A DNA stretch of 64,000 bases from positions 74,984 through 138,983 of the forward strand of contig JAEUKH010000018.1 in NCBI GenBank assembly GCA_016792845.1, written 5' to 3'. This stretch comes from Myxococcales bacterium. GTDB taxonomy: Bacteria > Myxococcota_A > Polyangia > Polyangiales > Ga0077539. Below are positions 38,003 through 47,224 of the stretch, piece by piece. Under the pieces are notes generated by a model. That model saw nothing but the letters and a program-made list of their open reading frames with translations. It had not been told where the DNA came from and ran no database searches. Numbering within the stretch: the first letter of the stretch is position 1; each line of letters opens with the position of its first letter. The position numbers were made by a program, and so were the translations under genes.

Positions 38003-39154
38003 GTGTACGCCCTCGCTCGGTCGGTCTGTGTCGTCTTCGCTGCGACCGCGATGACAGCCTGTTCGCTCGTGCGCGACCCGGCCCTGCCCGTCGTACGCGA
38101 CGCCCAGGCCGTCGCACCGCCACGCGACCAGGGCTCGGCTGAGTCAGACTCAGAAATTGCCGACCTCGGCCTCGACGCCCCCCTCGACGGCGGCTCCGAT
38201 GCGCCCCCCGACCTCGCGAACGACCTCGCGAACGACCTCCCGAACGATGCACCGGCTGACGCGCAGGCCGACACCCCGAGCAGCGACGCGGGCCTCGACG
38301 CTGACGTCCTGCCCCTCGATGCGCCCCGCGACACGGGCTTCGACATCACCGTCGCGCCCCCCGACGGCGGCTACGTCGTCAGGCTCGGAGACGCGAGCGC
38401 CGACTGCCCAGCGTTTGTGCCCCGCGACGCGACCGCGGCCGCGGCCATCCCCGCCGCCTGCGGCTTCAACGGCGACAGCGGCACCGTCTACCCCGCGCGC
38501 GGCGCCGCGGGGTACTGCAACGCCGACCCCGCGGCGGGGTGCCAGCCCTGCGCCGAGACGTGGCAGATCTTCGACGACCCCGTCGCCCTCACCACCGCCG
38601 CGCCGCTCGGCGGCTACGGCGACGGTTGCTTCGCGGCCGCGGCGCGCCCCCCCGACGTCACCCTCGGCGGCTGGAGCGCACTCTCGGGGTATCCGCTCTG
38701 TTACACGCGGAATTCGCGCATCGCCCCGGGCACCAGCTGCCAGCGGGTGGCCCAGAGGGTCTACTTTCACACGCGGCTCCATTTCGGGGCCCTGCGCCCC
38801 GACGAGAACGTCGAGGGCCTGATCGAATTCCTCTCGGGCCGCGTCGATGACGCGCTCTTCGCGACCTTCGTCTACCGCGACGGCGCGACGCTCAGCCCGC
38901 CGTCGCTCCGCATGTGGATCGAGACCAACTTCACTACCCCGTGCTCTGAAGAGGCCCAGCGTCAGACCGGCGGGTGCCGCGACACCCCCGATCGCCTCCG
39001 CCGTGTGGGTGCCCGCGTGCCCCTGCCGCCCGGCGCCACAGACCTCTACCTCACCCTCATCGACGCCTGCGAGGGCAACCAGGAGCTTCGGCATTTCGAG
39101 CTGCTCTATGCGGGTCGCGGCATGCCGCAGTGCCCCGCCGATCGCGATCGCTGA
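38003..39154 (+). CDS. Secreted hypothetical protein or lipoprotein: Asp/Ala/Pro-rich N-terminal region plus a Cys-containing C-terminal domain
   Basis: GTG 38003 gives the signal-like 'VYALARSVCVVFAATAMTAC'. Divergent from uvrD across a 110-bp gap. It contains one in-frame palindromic element copy at 38139-38153. Confidence 0.5.
   Translation: MYALARSVCVVFAATAMTACSLVRDPALPVVRDAQAVAPPRDQGSAESDSEIADLGLDAPLDGGSDAPPDLANDLANDLPNDAPADAQADTPSSDAGLDADVLPLDAPRDTGFDITVAPPDGGYVVRLGDASADCPAFVPRDATAAAAIPAACGFNGDSGTVYPARGAAGYCNADPAAGCQPCAETWQIFDDPVALTTAAPLGGYGDGCFAAAARPPDVTLGGWSALSGYPLCYTRNSRIAPGTSCQRVAQRVYFHTRLHFGALRPDENVEGLIEFLSGRVDDALFATFVYRDGATLSPPSLRMWIETNFTTPCSEEAQRQTGGCRDTPDRLRRVGARVPLPPGATDLYLTLIDACEGNQELRHFELLYAGRGMPQCPADRDR
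38139..38153. repeat. Palindromic element copy f (CTGAGTCAGACTCAG, inverted orientation), in frame inside the secreted-protein gene (..SAESDSEI..)
   Basis: Direct read. Its reverse complement carries the AATTTC flank, resembling CATTCC. Confidence 0.7.
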
Positions 39155-39295
39155 GCGCCGCCCGGGCCTCGACCCCGCACCGCGTCGCGGATTTGTTCAA
39201 GAACGGGGCACGGCGCTTGGCACGCGCTTCGTGGTGGCGGTAGTGTCGCGCGCAACGTCTGGGGCGCTGTTTCTGCCCTGCGGGAGCTTTCTCAT

Positions 39296-40849
39296 ATGGT
39301 TCACCCACGTCATCTCTTGATCGCCGCGCTCGCGGCGAGCGCCCTCGGTTGCGGTGGTTCGGTGGTCACCGGTCGTGACAGCGACGCGGCCGCGGGCGAT
39401 GTGCCGACCCAGGTCGACACGGGCTCGTTCATCGACGCTGGCGCTGACGTGGGCCCCGCGATCGACACGGGCTTCGACGCAGGCCAGCCCGACACCCGGG
39501 TGCCGCGCTGCGGTGACGGCATCCTCGACCCCGGCGAGAGCTGCGACGACGCCAACAACCGCGACGGCGACATGTGCTCGGCGATGTGCCGCTTCGAGGC
39601 GCGCTGCGGCGACAACATGGTGCAATCGTCGTTGGGCGAGCTCTGCGACGACGGCAACAATTTCTCGGGCGACGGCTGCCGCTCAGACTGCCGCTCGACC
39701 GAGCGCTGCGGCAACATGATCGTCGACACCGCGGTGGGCGAGGTCTGTGACGGCACCCCCAACTGCGGCCCAGACTGCCGCACCATCGTGTCGTGCGGCA
39801 ACGGCCGCGTCGAGCCCGGCGAGCAGTGCGACGACGGCAACACCACCCGGTGGGACGGTTGCGGCCCCGATTGTCGCCGCGAGCAGGCCCTCGGCATCAA
39901 CCGCCTCTCGATCGTGACGAGCGGGCAGATGCTGGGCTGCGATTTCTCGGGCGACGGCCGCCCCGACAACGCCTTCGGCGGCGCCCTCGGGCCCGCGGGC
40001 GGCATCCTGAACTCGTTCATCTCGAGCGCCGTCACCAACGGCCAGGTGCTCATTCAGCTCGGCTTTTTGAACCTCACCGACCCGCTCGGGCAGAACCTCC
40101 CGAACGCGCGGGTGGGCTGGGTGCTCGGCGCCGACGCCGACAACGACGTGGCCAACAACGGCATCCCCGGCAACCCGCGCTTCGTGCAGCGCGCCTCGCT
40201 GAACGCGATGACCCTCTTGCCGCAGGCCTCGTTCCAGAGCACGAGCTTGATGGGGCGCCTCGCGGGCGGGCCCGAAGACATTCGCCTCGCGCTCGGGGCT
40301 GGGCCCATCGGTGACTTCAACTTCCGTGTGCTCCGCGGGCGCATCAGCGGCACCCTCGTGGCCGACACCACCAACGAGCGTATCACCGAGCTGCGCTCGG
40401 GCGTGCTCTGCGGGGCCATCCCCGCGAACGACCTCGCGATGCTGCAAAACCCCGCGGGCATGCTGCCCGGCGGCGGCGGCGGCGGCATGATGGCCATGTC
40501 GAGCTTCCTCGAACTCCTCGTCGGCGGCCAGCGCGTGCTCGTGGTCAACATCGGCCCCCAGCAGCCCGACATCGACCTCGACGGCGACGGGCTCGAGCGC
40601 TACGAAGCCACCATGGGCTCGGGCAACCGCCCGCCCGAGATCACGGCCTGCATCGACGGCAACGGCACGCGCATCCCGGGCCGCCAGTGCCAGCTCGACC
40701 CCCGCATGGCCGACGGCTTCTCAGCGGCCTTCCAGCTCGGCGCCGAATGGATCACCCTCCGCGGCATCACCGACCGCACCACCGGCGGCGGCGGCATGGG
40801 GGGCGGCCGGGCCGACGCCGGGGCGGCCCCGGGCGACACCGGCCCCTGA
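39296..40849 (+). CDS. Lipoprotein with four Myxococcus-type cysteine-rich repeats and a C-terminal domain of unknown function
   Basis: Lipobox 'ALGCGGS'. Four repeats of the pattern CG(D/N)G..(D/E).GE.CDDGN...GDGC..DC. Gly-rich C-terminal tail. Confidence 0.75.
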   Translation: MVHPRHLLIAALAASALGCGGSVVTGRDSDAAAGDVPTQVDTGSFIDAGADVGPAIDTGFDAGQPDTRVPRCGDGILDPGESCDDANNRDGDMCSAMCRFEARCGDNMVQSSLGELCDDGNNFSGDGCRSDCRSTERCGNMIVDTAVGEVCDGTPNCGPDCRTIVSCGNGRVEPGEQCDDGNTTRWDGCGPDCRREQALGINRLSIVTSGQMLGCDFSGDGRPDNAFGGALGPAGGILNSFISSAVTNGQVLIQLGFLNLTDPLGQNLPNARVGWVLGADADNDVANNGIPGNPRFVQRASLNAMTLLPQASFQSTSLMGRLAGGPEDIRLALGAGPIGDFNFRVLRGRISGTLVADTTNERITELRSGVLCGAIPANDLAMLQNPAGMLPGGGGGGMMAMSSFLELLVGGQRVLVVNIGPQQPDIDLDGDGLERYEATMGSGNRPPEITACIDGNGTRIPGRQCQLDPRMADGFSAAFQLGAEWITLRGITDRTTGGGGMGGGRADAGAAPGDTGP

Positions 40850-40858
40850 CCAAATTTC

Positions 40859-41461
40859 ATGAAGTTTCAACATGTTATACCGCTGTTACTCACCGCCTCG
40901 CTGACGGGCTGTGGTGACAGCGGCCCCGACGCGTCAGCCCTCGGCGACGGCGGCGCGGGGGCGTGGGTCGCCATCGCCGGCGGTTCTTGTAACGCGCGCG
41001 AGCGTCGCTACGCCGAGCTCGCCTCGCCGCACGTCGAGCCTGACGCAGGCGCCATCGCGTGGCTCTCGAACCCGCCCTCCTCGGGCCCGCACTACGGCCA
41101 GTGGGCGCGCTGGGGGGCCCGGGCCAACATCGCCCGCGGATACTGGGTTCACAACCTTGAGCACGGCGGCGTGGTGTTCGTGCATCGCTGCACCAGCGGC
41201 ACCTGCGACGGCGTGCAGTCGCAGCTCGTCGCGGCGACGCAGGGCTTTCCGAACGATTCGGCGTGCAGGCCCACCGAGACCGAGCCCGCCCGCATCCGGG
41301 TGATCGTCACCAACGACGCTGAGATCGAAGCGCCGGTGATGGGCGCGGCTTGGGGCTGGGTCTACGCCGCCGACTGCGTCGACCCCGCGTCGATGCGAAG
41401 CTTCTTCACCGCCCACGTCGGGCGCGCCCCCGAAGATTTCTGCTTCGAGGGCTCGATCTAA
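40859..41461 (+). CDS. DUF3105-family lipoprotein
   Basis: Lipobox 'LTGC'. 'PPSSGPHYGQWARWG..YW..NLEHGGVVFVH' is characteristic of DUF3105. AT-rich codons in the signal peptide. Confidence 0.7.
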   Translation: MKFQHVIPLLLTASLTGCGDSGPDASALGDGGAGAWVAIAGGSCNARERRYAELASPHVEPDAGAIAWLSNPPSSGPHYGQWARWGARANIARGYWVHNLEHGGVVFVHRCTSGTCDGVQSQLVAATQGFPNDSACRPTETEPARIRVIVTNDAEIEAPVMGAAWGWVYAADCVDPASMRSFFTAHVGRAPEDFCFEGSI

Positions 41462-41477
41462 CGCCGCACGATTTCGC

Positions 41478-42941
41478 CTATTTTGCGCGGGTGATGGCGG
41501 CCATCACTTCGCGGTACCGCGCCGCCATCGAGAGCCCCGAGAGGCCCTCTGACCAGGCCTCGGGGCCGAGCGCGTAGAGGGCCCCGACGTGGCCTCTAAG
41601 GCCGTCGCCCGCGCTGGGGTTGCGCCACCAGTCGTCGTCGAAGCGGTCTCGCATCGCCCCGAACAACAACGACTCGACCGCGGCGCCGCGGGCACGCGCG
41701 GCCCATCGGTCGCCCCAGAACGAGCTGCGGTCGAGCGCGCGCCCCGCGATCACCACCGCCCAGGCGGGGTCGAGGCGCACCCGCCAGGCCCGCTCGATGG
41801 CCTCGACGAAGCGCGTCGCGAGCTCGGCCTCGCGCGACATCACCGCGTGGGCGTACGCTGCGAGCGCGGCGTCACGGCGCACGCGCAACACCTCGGCGTG
41901 GAGCGCTTCGAGCATCATCCGTTCGCGGGTCGCGCCCTCGACGCCGAGAGCCCGGGTGAGCCACACCCGGTCGAAGACGAGGCGCCGCCCGAGCGCATGA
42001 AAGGCCCACGGCGCCGCGCGGTCGAGGCCGCGACGGTGACCCGGCGAGGGCCCGCCCGAGAGGTTCATCGACAGGGCCGCGCTCATGGCGCCGAGCACCT
42101 CGGCGGCGTACCAGCCGGCCACCCCAGGGCGCCCCGCCACCACCGCCGAGCGGCCCGCTTCGAGCCCCCAGAAGCCGACACCTTCGGCCTCGGCGCGGCT
42201 GCGAAGCAGGCCCGAGCGCACCCCGCCGACGGCTCCGCCGAGCCCCAACCCGAGGCCCCACCGCGCAGCCTCCTCGGCCCAGATCGCAGACGGAAAGCCG
42301 CGCGCCACAGCGGGCGCCGCGAGGCTCCGGAGGCGGTCTCCGAGGGTGAGCCGCAGCGGGTCGACCCCCTCGGCCCGCAGCACCGCCGCGTCGAGCTCGT
42401 GCAAGAGGTCGTCGGTCGCATCGAGCGTCGGCGCCGGGTCAAAGGCCCCAAAGCCCACCCGCGCGACCACCGGCGCCTCAAGCGCCGCGAGCCCCTCACG
42501 CAGCGCCTCGACGGCCACGCGCGCCGCCCGACGGAGCCCCCCGAGCTCGGCCTCGGCGCCCTTCAAGAGCGCCTCTCGGCGGGCGCGGTTTGCGTCACCC
42601 AACGACACCGACGCGACGACATCAAAGCGCACCGCCGGACGCTGCGGCCTCAGCGTCAACGACACCGCCCCCCGCGCCGCATCATACGCGGCACGCGCGC
42701 GACGGGTCGCATACACCAACGCGGCCTCGCCGAGGAGCGTCGCCCGGTGCGCATCGAAGACCGCGATGGCCGCGGCGTCACGCGCGAAGCCGGCGCCGTT
42801 GACCCGAGGCCCCTCGCCGGGCCCCTCGCCGCGTGCGAGCCAGAGCGCGTCGCGGGCCTCTTCGTTCAAGAGCGCCTCGGCGGCGAGCTCGCGCGCTTCG
42901 AGCGAATGCGGAGTGGCTCTCATCACACCCTCTCGCCTCAC
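41478..42941 (-). CDS. Hypothetical protein, translationally coupled (ATGA) downstream of the radical-SAM gene
   Basis: Start overlaps the radical-SAM stop. Ala/Arg-rich but protein-like composition. No recognised motif. Confidence 0.5.
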   Translation of the reverse strand: MRREGVMRATPHSLEARELAAEALLNEEARDALWLARGEGPGEGPRVNGAGFARDAAAIAVFDAHRATLLGEAALVYATRRARAAYDAARGAVSLTLRPQRPAVRFDVVASVSLGDANRARREALLKGAEAELGGLRRAARVAVEALREGLAALEAPVVARVGFGAFDPAPTLDATDDLLHELDAAVLRAEGVDPLRLTLGDRLRSLAAPAVARGFPSAIWAEEAARWGLGLGLGGAVGGVRSGLLRSRAEAEGVGFWGLEAGRSAVVAGRPGVAGWYAAEVLGAMSAALSMNLSGGPSPGHRRGLDRAAPWAFHALGRRLVFDRVWLTRALGVEGATRERMMLEALHAEVLRVRRDAALAAYAHAVMSREAELATRFVEAIERAWRVRLDPAWAVVIAGRALDRSSFWGDRWAARARGAAVESLLFGAMRDRFDDDWWRNPSAGDGLRGHVGALYALGPEAWSEGLSGLSMAARYREVMAAITRAK

Positions 42942-44440
42942 GAGGCGTCTTCAGAGGCCTTGACCACCATGAGCTTGCGGCGCTTGCCCGGCACGACCCC
43001 TGCGGCCTCGAAGGCCTTTCGGTAATCAGCGAAGCGCCCCCCTGCGCGCATCGCGTCGTACACCGCACGCCCCGCGCGCTCGCCGCCTTGCGCGAGCACC
43101 CACTCGATCCACGCCCAGCGGGCGCTCGTCGGGCGCACATCGGCCCGGCCCTTGAGCCCCTTTCGCAGCCGGTCAAGACGCCCCTCGACCACCTCGATGC
43201 CCGCGAACGGGAGCCCATCAAGCGGCGTCTTTCGCTTCGACACAAAGGGCGCGATGCCGAGCGCGATCGGGTTCACCTTCGAGAGCTGCGTCACGAACGC
43301 CACGCACTCATCGATGTCTTCGTCGGTCTCGCCCGGGAGCCCCACCATCAAATAGAGCTTCAAGGTCTGCATCTGGTGCGCCCGCGCGAGGGCCGCGGCG
43401 CGCTCGAGGTGCTTCACCTTGGCGTGGCGCTCGAGCATCGCGCGGAGCCGCTCGCTCGGCCCATCCATCGCGGTGGTGAGGGTGCGATACCCGCCGCGCT
43501 TCAGCGCGCCCACGAAGGCGTCGGTCAGACGGTCTGGGCGGAGGCTCGACAGCCCCACGCCCCGCCCCTGATCGGCCAGCGTGTTGACGAGCTCGACGAT
43601 CTTCGGATGATCGCTCACCGCGGCCCCGACGAGGCCCACCTTCTTCGCGTCGTCGGGGATGATCGACAGGATCTTCTCGATCGGCGCGAGCCGCATGCCC
43701 CCGTTGGTCGAGCGGCGCATCACGCAGTACTGGCACCCCCGCGAGCAGCCCCGCTCGGTCTCGATCAAGAACATGTCTGACAGCTCGGTGTCGGGCGTCA
43801 TGATCTGCGCGTAGGCGGGCAGGAGCTCGTCGCGGGCCTTGGCCACCGGGGGCAGCGCCTCGCCGTGCAGGCCCGGCACCCAGACGTGGTCGATCTCAGC
43901 GAGTTTGCGCTCGCGTTGGGCCCGGTCGTGGGTCGACAAGAGCACGTCGAAGACCTGGTGCACCACGTCTTCGGCCTCGCCGATGATCACCGCGTCGACG
44001 TACGCCGCGAGGGGAACGGGGTTCGAAAAGGTCAGCGGCCCCCCGCACAAGATAAACGGGTACCGCCCGCCCTCGCGGTCTTCACGAAAGACCGGAACCC
44101 CCGCCAACTCAAGCGCCTGAAGCATCGTGCCGAGCTCACCCTCGTACGCGACCGAGAGCGCGATCACCGGGCAATCGCCCACCGGACGCTGCGACTCATA
44201 GGTCAAGAGCGGCTCCCGCGACTGCAAGGCCCCCGCGACGTCGTCGGGCAAGAACGCGCGCTCCGCCACCATCTCGGGCCGCTCGTTGAGCGCCCGGTAC
44301 ATCAGCTGAAACCCGAGCGAGCTCATGCCGACCGAGTAGGGCGACGGGTAGAGCAGCGCGACCCGATCGGGCGCATCGCGGAAGAGGGTGCCCCGCTCGC
44401 GGGCGAGGCGCTGGCGAATGATGTCTCGTTGGCTTGGCAC
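42938..44440 (-). CDS. B12-binding (class B) radical SAM domain protein
   Basis: N-terminal B12-binding-like region. Radical SAM Cys triad 'ERGCSRGCQYC'. ~500 aa. Confidence 0.85.
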   Translation of the reverse strand: MPSQRDIIRQRLARERGTLFRDAPDRVALLYPSPYSVGMSSLGFQLMYRALNERPEMVAERAFLPDDVAGALQSREPLLTYESQRPVGDCPVIALSVAYEGELGTMLQALELAGVPVFREDREGGRYPFILCGGPLTFSNPVPLAAYVDAVIIGEAEDVVHQVFDVLLSTHDRAQRERKLAEIDHVWVPGLHGEALPPVAKARDELLPAYAQIMTPDTELSDMFLIETERGCSRGCQYCVMRRSTNGGMRLAPIEKILSIIPDDAKKVGLVGAAVSDHPKIVELVNTLADQGRGVGLSSLRPDRLTDAFVGALKRGGYRTLTTAMDGPSERLRAMLERHAKVKHLERAAALARAHQMQTLKLYLMVGLPGETDEDIDECVAFVTQLSKVNPIALGIAPFVSKRKTPLDGLPFAGIEVVEGRLDRLRKGLKGRADVRPTSARWAWIEWVLAQGGERAGRAVYDAMRAGGRFADYRKAFEAAGVVPGKRRKLMVVKASEDAS

Positions 44441-44560
44441 GATGTGATTTCTGCGACGCTTGATAGGCCAGGCCGTGGCAGCTCGGCAAGCGACGGGGCC
44501 CCAAAGCGCACGGGCGGTTGCGCGCCCGCCGTCGCTTTTGTTAGTGCTCGGGGTGGCCGT

Positions 44561-45112
44561 ATGTTGAAGAACGCCGTCAGGGTAGGGTCGATGCTGGTCT
44601 TGGGCGGGCTGGCCGCGTGCTCAGGGGCCGGGCCCTACGGGCACGCCCGCACCTATGTCGAGACCGACGCCGAGCGCGGGTACGTCGCCCGGGCCGAAGA
44701 GCCTGTGTACGACGAGGTGCGGCGCATGCCCGAGCAGTACCAGGGGCGGCTCTTGACCTTCTTCGGGGTCGTGACCGATGTCGCGCCGGGCCCTGAGGGC
44801 ACCCTGCGCGTGGCGCTCCAGCAGCGCACCCATCAAGAGCGCCATCTCTGCGAAGACGAGAGCGACGGCACCTGCCGGGTGACCATCAACGCCCGCGACG
44901 GGGGGCCCCTCACGGCGGTGCTCAGCCTCCGTGGCGAAGACCGCGACGGCGAACGGCGGCTTCAACAGAACAGCCTCGTGCGCGTGTTTGGTTCTGTGAC
45001 GCCGGGCGAGTATGATGCGAATGGCGGCCCGGTGCTCCGGGTCGAGTGGTATCGTCACTGGCCGCGGGGCGAATACGTCACGACGCAGAGCGCGGGTGTG
45101 ATGCGGCGTTGA
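44561..45112 (+). CDS. Small lipoprotein
   Basis: 'MLKNAVRVGSMLVLGGLAAC' signal plus lipobox. The upstream part of the track ORF is antisense shadow of the radical-SAM gene. Confidence 0.55.
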   Translation: MLKNAVRVGSMLVLGGLAACSGAGPYGHARTYVETDAERGYVARAEEPVYDEVRRMPEQYQGRLLTFFGVVTDVAPGPEGTLRVALQQRTHQERHLCEDESDGTCRVTINARDGGPLTAVLSLRGEDRDGERRLQQNSLVRVFGSVTPGEYDANGGPVLRVEWYRHWPRGEYVTTQSAGVMRR

Positions 45113-45248
45113 CGCGGTGGGCCGTGAACGGGGCATAACGAGGGCGGGCAGATTTTTGTTCCGCCGTCGGATGAAGCGTCGAAAGTGTCAGCACGTTAGA
45201 GCGGCACGCATCGTGCGAAGGCCGGGCGAACGAAGGAGTTTGGAGCCT

Positions 45249-45644
45249 ATGATGAAGATTCGCAGTCTTGCAGTTTCAGCGGCGTTGATGATGGCCTTTG
45301 GGTCAGGCTGTGTGATCGTCGATGACACCGACCCGACCCCGACGGTGCCTGGCGCCTACGAGGGCTGCTCGGGCGTCGGCTCGGCGTGCCTCGACGGCAC
45401 CACCTGCCTCACCTCGCCCATCGTCTCGACCCCTGGCGTGTCGGCCTCGCTCTGCACGCGGCGCTGCGTTCCGGGCGCCCAGTGCCCGAGCTCGGCCGGT
45501 CGGCCCACCAGCTGCGTGGTGCAGGCGGGCGCCTCCGAGGGCACCTGTTACGAGAACTGCGCATCGAACGTCGACTGTCGCGTGGGCACGGTCTGCCGCA
45601 GCATCGCGGGCGGCCCGAGCATCTGCGTGCCCCCGGTCTCGTGA
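45249..45644 (+). CDS. Small Cys-rich lipoprotein (paralogue 1 of a tandem pair)
   Basis: GGAG RBS 5 nt before ATGATG. 'MMKIRSLAVSAALMMAFGSGC'. 12 Cys. AT-rich codons in the signal peptide. Confidence 0.55.
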   Translation: MMKIRSLAVSAALMMAFGSGCVIVDDTDPTPTVPGAYEGCSGVGSACLDGTTCLTSPIVSTPGVSASLCTRRCVPGAQCPSSAGRPTSCVVQAGASEGTCYENCASNVDCRVGTVCRSIAGGPSICVPPVS

Positions 45645-45725
45645 TCTGACGCCCCTCCGCTTCGACCGCGCGTCTGCAACTTCCCGTCTCGACGTCGGCC
45701 CGGTGAGGGTGGTACCCGCGTAGGG

Positions 45726-46166
45726 GTGCCACGGCCTCACTGGCGATGGGTCTTCACCTTGCTCCTGCTCGGGTGCGGCGACGAGACCGGCTCACCCAAG
45801 AGCTACGACCGCTGCAACCCCGGCGACCTCTGCGGTCTCGGCACGGCCTGTCTGCGGGCGCCCTTCACCGCGGGTCCGAGGCCGCTCACGCTCTGCACCT
45901 ACAGCTGCCAGTCTGACACCGATTGCCCTGGGTTTTCAGCGCGATGCGTCTTGGGCGACGACGGCTCGGGGCCCGTCACCCGCTGCGTCCGGAGCTGCGA
46001 CGACGACGACGACTGCCGCGCGGGCACCCGCTGCCGCAGGGTGAGCACCGCCCAGGGCGTGGCCTCGTACTGTGTGCCCGAAGAGGGCGACCGCGCGTGC
46101 ACCCAGACCGCCGATTGCGCGCCCTTTCTGGCGAGCTGCGAGTCGGGGCGCTGCGCCTGGCGCTGA
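45726..46166 (+). CDS. Small Cys-rich lipoprotein (paralogue 2 of a tandem pair)
   Basis: GTG start. 'WRWVFTLLLLGC' lipobox. Cys spacing similar to the upstream paralogue. Confidence 0.55.
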   Translation: MPRPHWRWVFTLLLLGCGDETGSPKSYDRCNPGDLCGLGTACLRAPFTAGPRPLTLCTYSCQSDTDCPGFSARCVLGDDGSGPVTRCVRSCDDDDDCRAGTRCRRVSTAQGVASYCVPEEGDRACTQTADCAPFLASCESGRCAWR

Positions 46167-46174
46167 GCCGGGGC

Positions 46175-46924
46175 TCAGCCTTCGAGCCGCGCGAGCTCGT
46201 CTTCGGTGAGGTCGAAGTTCGCGAAGACGTTCTGAACGTCGTCGTGGTCTTCGAGCACGTCGATCAGCCTGAGCACCTGTTCGGCGTCTTTGCCCTCGAT
46301 CTGCACGACGTTCTTCGCGACCTGCGCGAGCTGCGACGATTTCACCTCGATCTTGGCCTCTTCGAGGGCGCCCCGCACCACGTCGACCACCGAGGGCCCC
46401 GTGCTCACGAGCCACTCGTCGCCGACGTCGACGAGGTCTTCGGCCCCGGCGCCGAGCGCGACCTCGAAGAGCTGCTCTTCGGTGGCGGCCTTCTTGGCGA
46501 GGCGAATCTGCCCTTGGCGGTCGAAGGCCCACGAGGCGGTGTTGCTCGTGCCGAGCACGGCGCCACACTTCTCGAAGATCTTGCGAATTTCGGCCACCGT
46601 ACGGTTACGGTTGTCGGTCAGCGCTTCGATGATGAACAGCGTGCCCCCAGGGCCCGTGCCCTCGTAGGTGAGCTCTTCGTAGGCGACCCCTTCGAGCTCG
46701 CCGGTGCCGCGCTTGATGGCCTTCTGAATGTTGTCAGTCGGCATGTTCTCGGCGCGGGCCGTGTCGACGGCCTTGCGGAGCCGCGGGTTGCCGTTCGCAT
46801 CGCCGCCGCCCAGGCGCGCCGCGACGGTGATCTCTTTGATGAGCTTCGTCCAGGCTTTGCCCTTCTTGGCATCGGCAGCGCCTTTTTTACGCTTGATGGT
46901 CGACCAACGTGAATGTCCGCTCAT
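46175..46924 (-). CDS. YebC/PmpR-family probable transcriptional regulator (DUF28)
   Basis: 'MSGHSRWSTIKRKKGAADAKKGK..TKLIKEI' conserved N-terminus. ATG at 46924. Confidence 0.9.
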   Translation of the reverse strand: MSGHSRWSTIKRKKGAADAKKGKAWTKLIKEITVAARLGGGDANGNPRLRKAVDTARAENMPTDNIQKAIKRGTGELEGVAYEELTYEGTGPGGTLFIIEALTDNRNRTVAEIRKIFEKCGAVLGTSNTASWAFDRQGQIRLAKKAATEEQLFEVALGAGAEDLVDVGDEWLVSTGPSVVDVVRGALEEAKIEVKSSQLAQVAKNVVQIEGKDAEQVLRLIDVLEDHDDVQNVFANFDLTEDELARLEG

Positions 46925-47105
46925 GATGTGAGAACCTCGAAATCGTGGCACCCGCCCAGGGCAGGTCTGCGCCCCCGCGAAGGGTCGGCGAAGGTACCTC
47001 ACACCCGCGAAACCGCGCAAGACAAGCCATTCGCGAAAAGGGCGCGGGGCCCGCGCTTTCTCTTTGACGGTGACGCGCGCCCTGTGGTTGTATCCGCATC
47101 CCGCT

Positions 47106-47186
47106 GCGAGGATGGCGGAATGGCAGACGCACTAGCTTGAGGTGCTAGCGGGTAACTCCGTGGGGGTTCAAGTCCCCCTCCTCGCA
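47106..47186 (+). tRNA. tRNA-Leu (anticodon GAG), copy 1
   Basis: GCGAGGATGGCGGAATGGCAGACGCACTAGCTTGAGGTGCTAGCGGGTAACTCCGTGGGGGTTCAAGTCCCCCTCCTCGCA. 7-bp acceptor stem. Anticodon loop TTGAGGT. Long variable arm. T-arm GGGGGTTCAAGTCCCCC. Close to E. coli tRNA-Leu. Confidence 0.85.
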
Positions 47187-47190
47187 CTCT

Positions 47191-47224
47191 TGAGAGCCTT
47201 GAATCAGCGATGGTTCAAGGCTCT
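47191..47224 (+). terminator. Perfect 12-bp-stem hairpin (GAGAGCCTTGAA..TTCAAGGCTCTC) after tRNA-Leu copy 1
   Basis: Direct read of the inverted repeat. Confidence 0.6.

Noticed and set aside
36717-38054. 445-aa plus-strand ORF opposite uvrD
   Set aside because: Shadow ORF. The UvrD helicase motifs are on the minus strand.
41589-43025. 478-aa plus-strand ORF opposite the hypothetical / radical-SAM genes
   Set aside because: Arg/Pro-rich junk translation.
45923-46912. 329-aa plus-strand ORF opposite yebC
   Set aside because: Shadow ORF. The YebC signature is clear on the minus strand.
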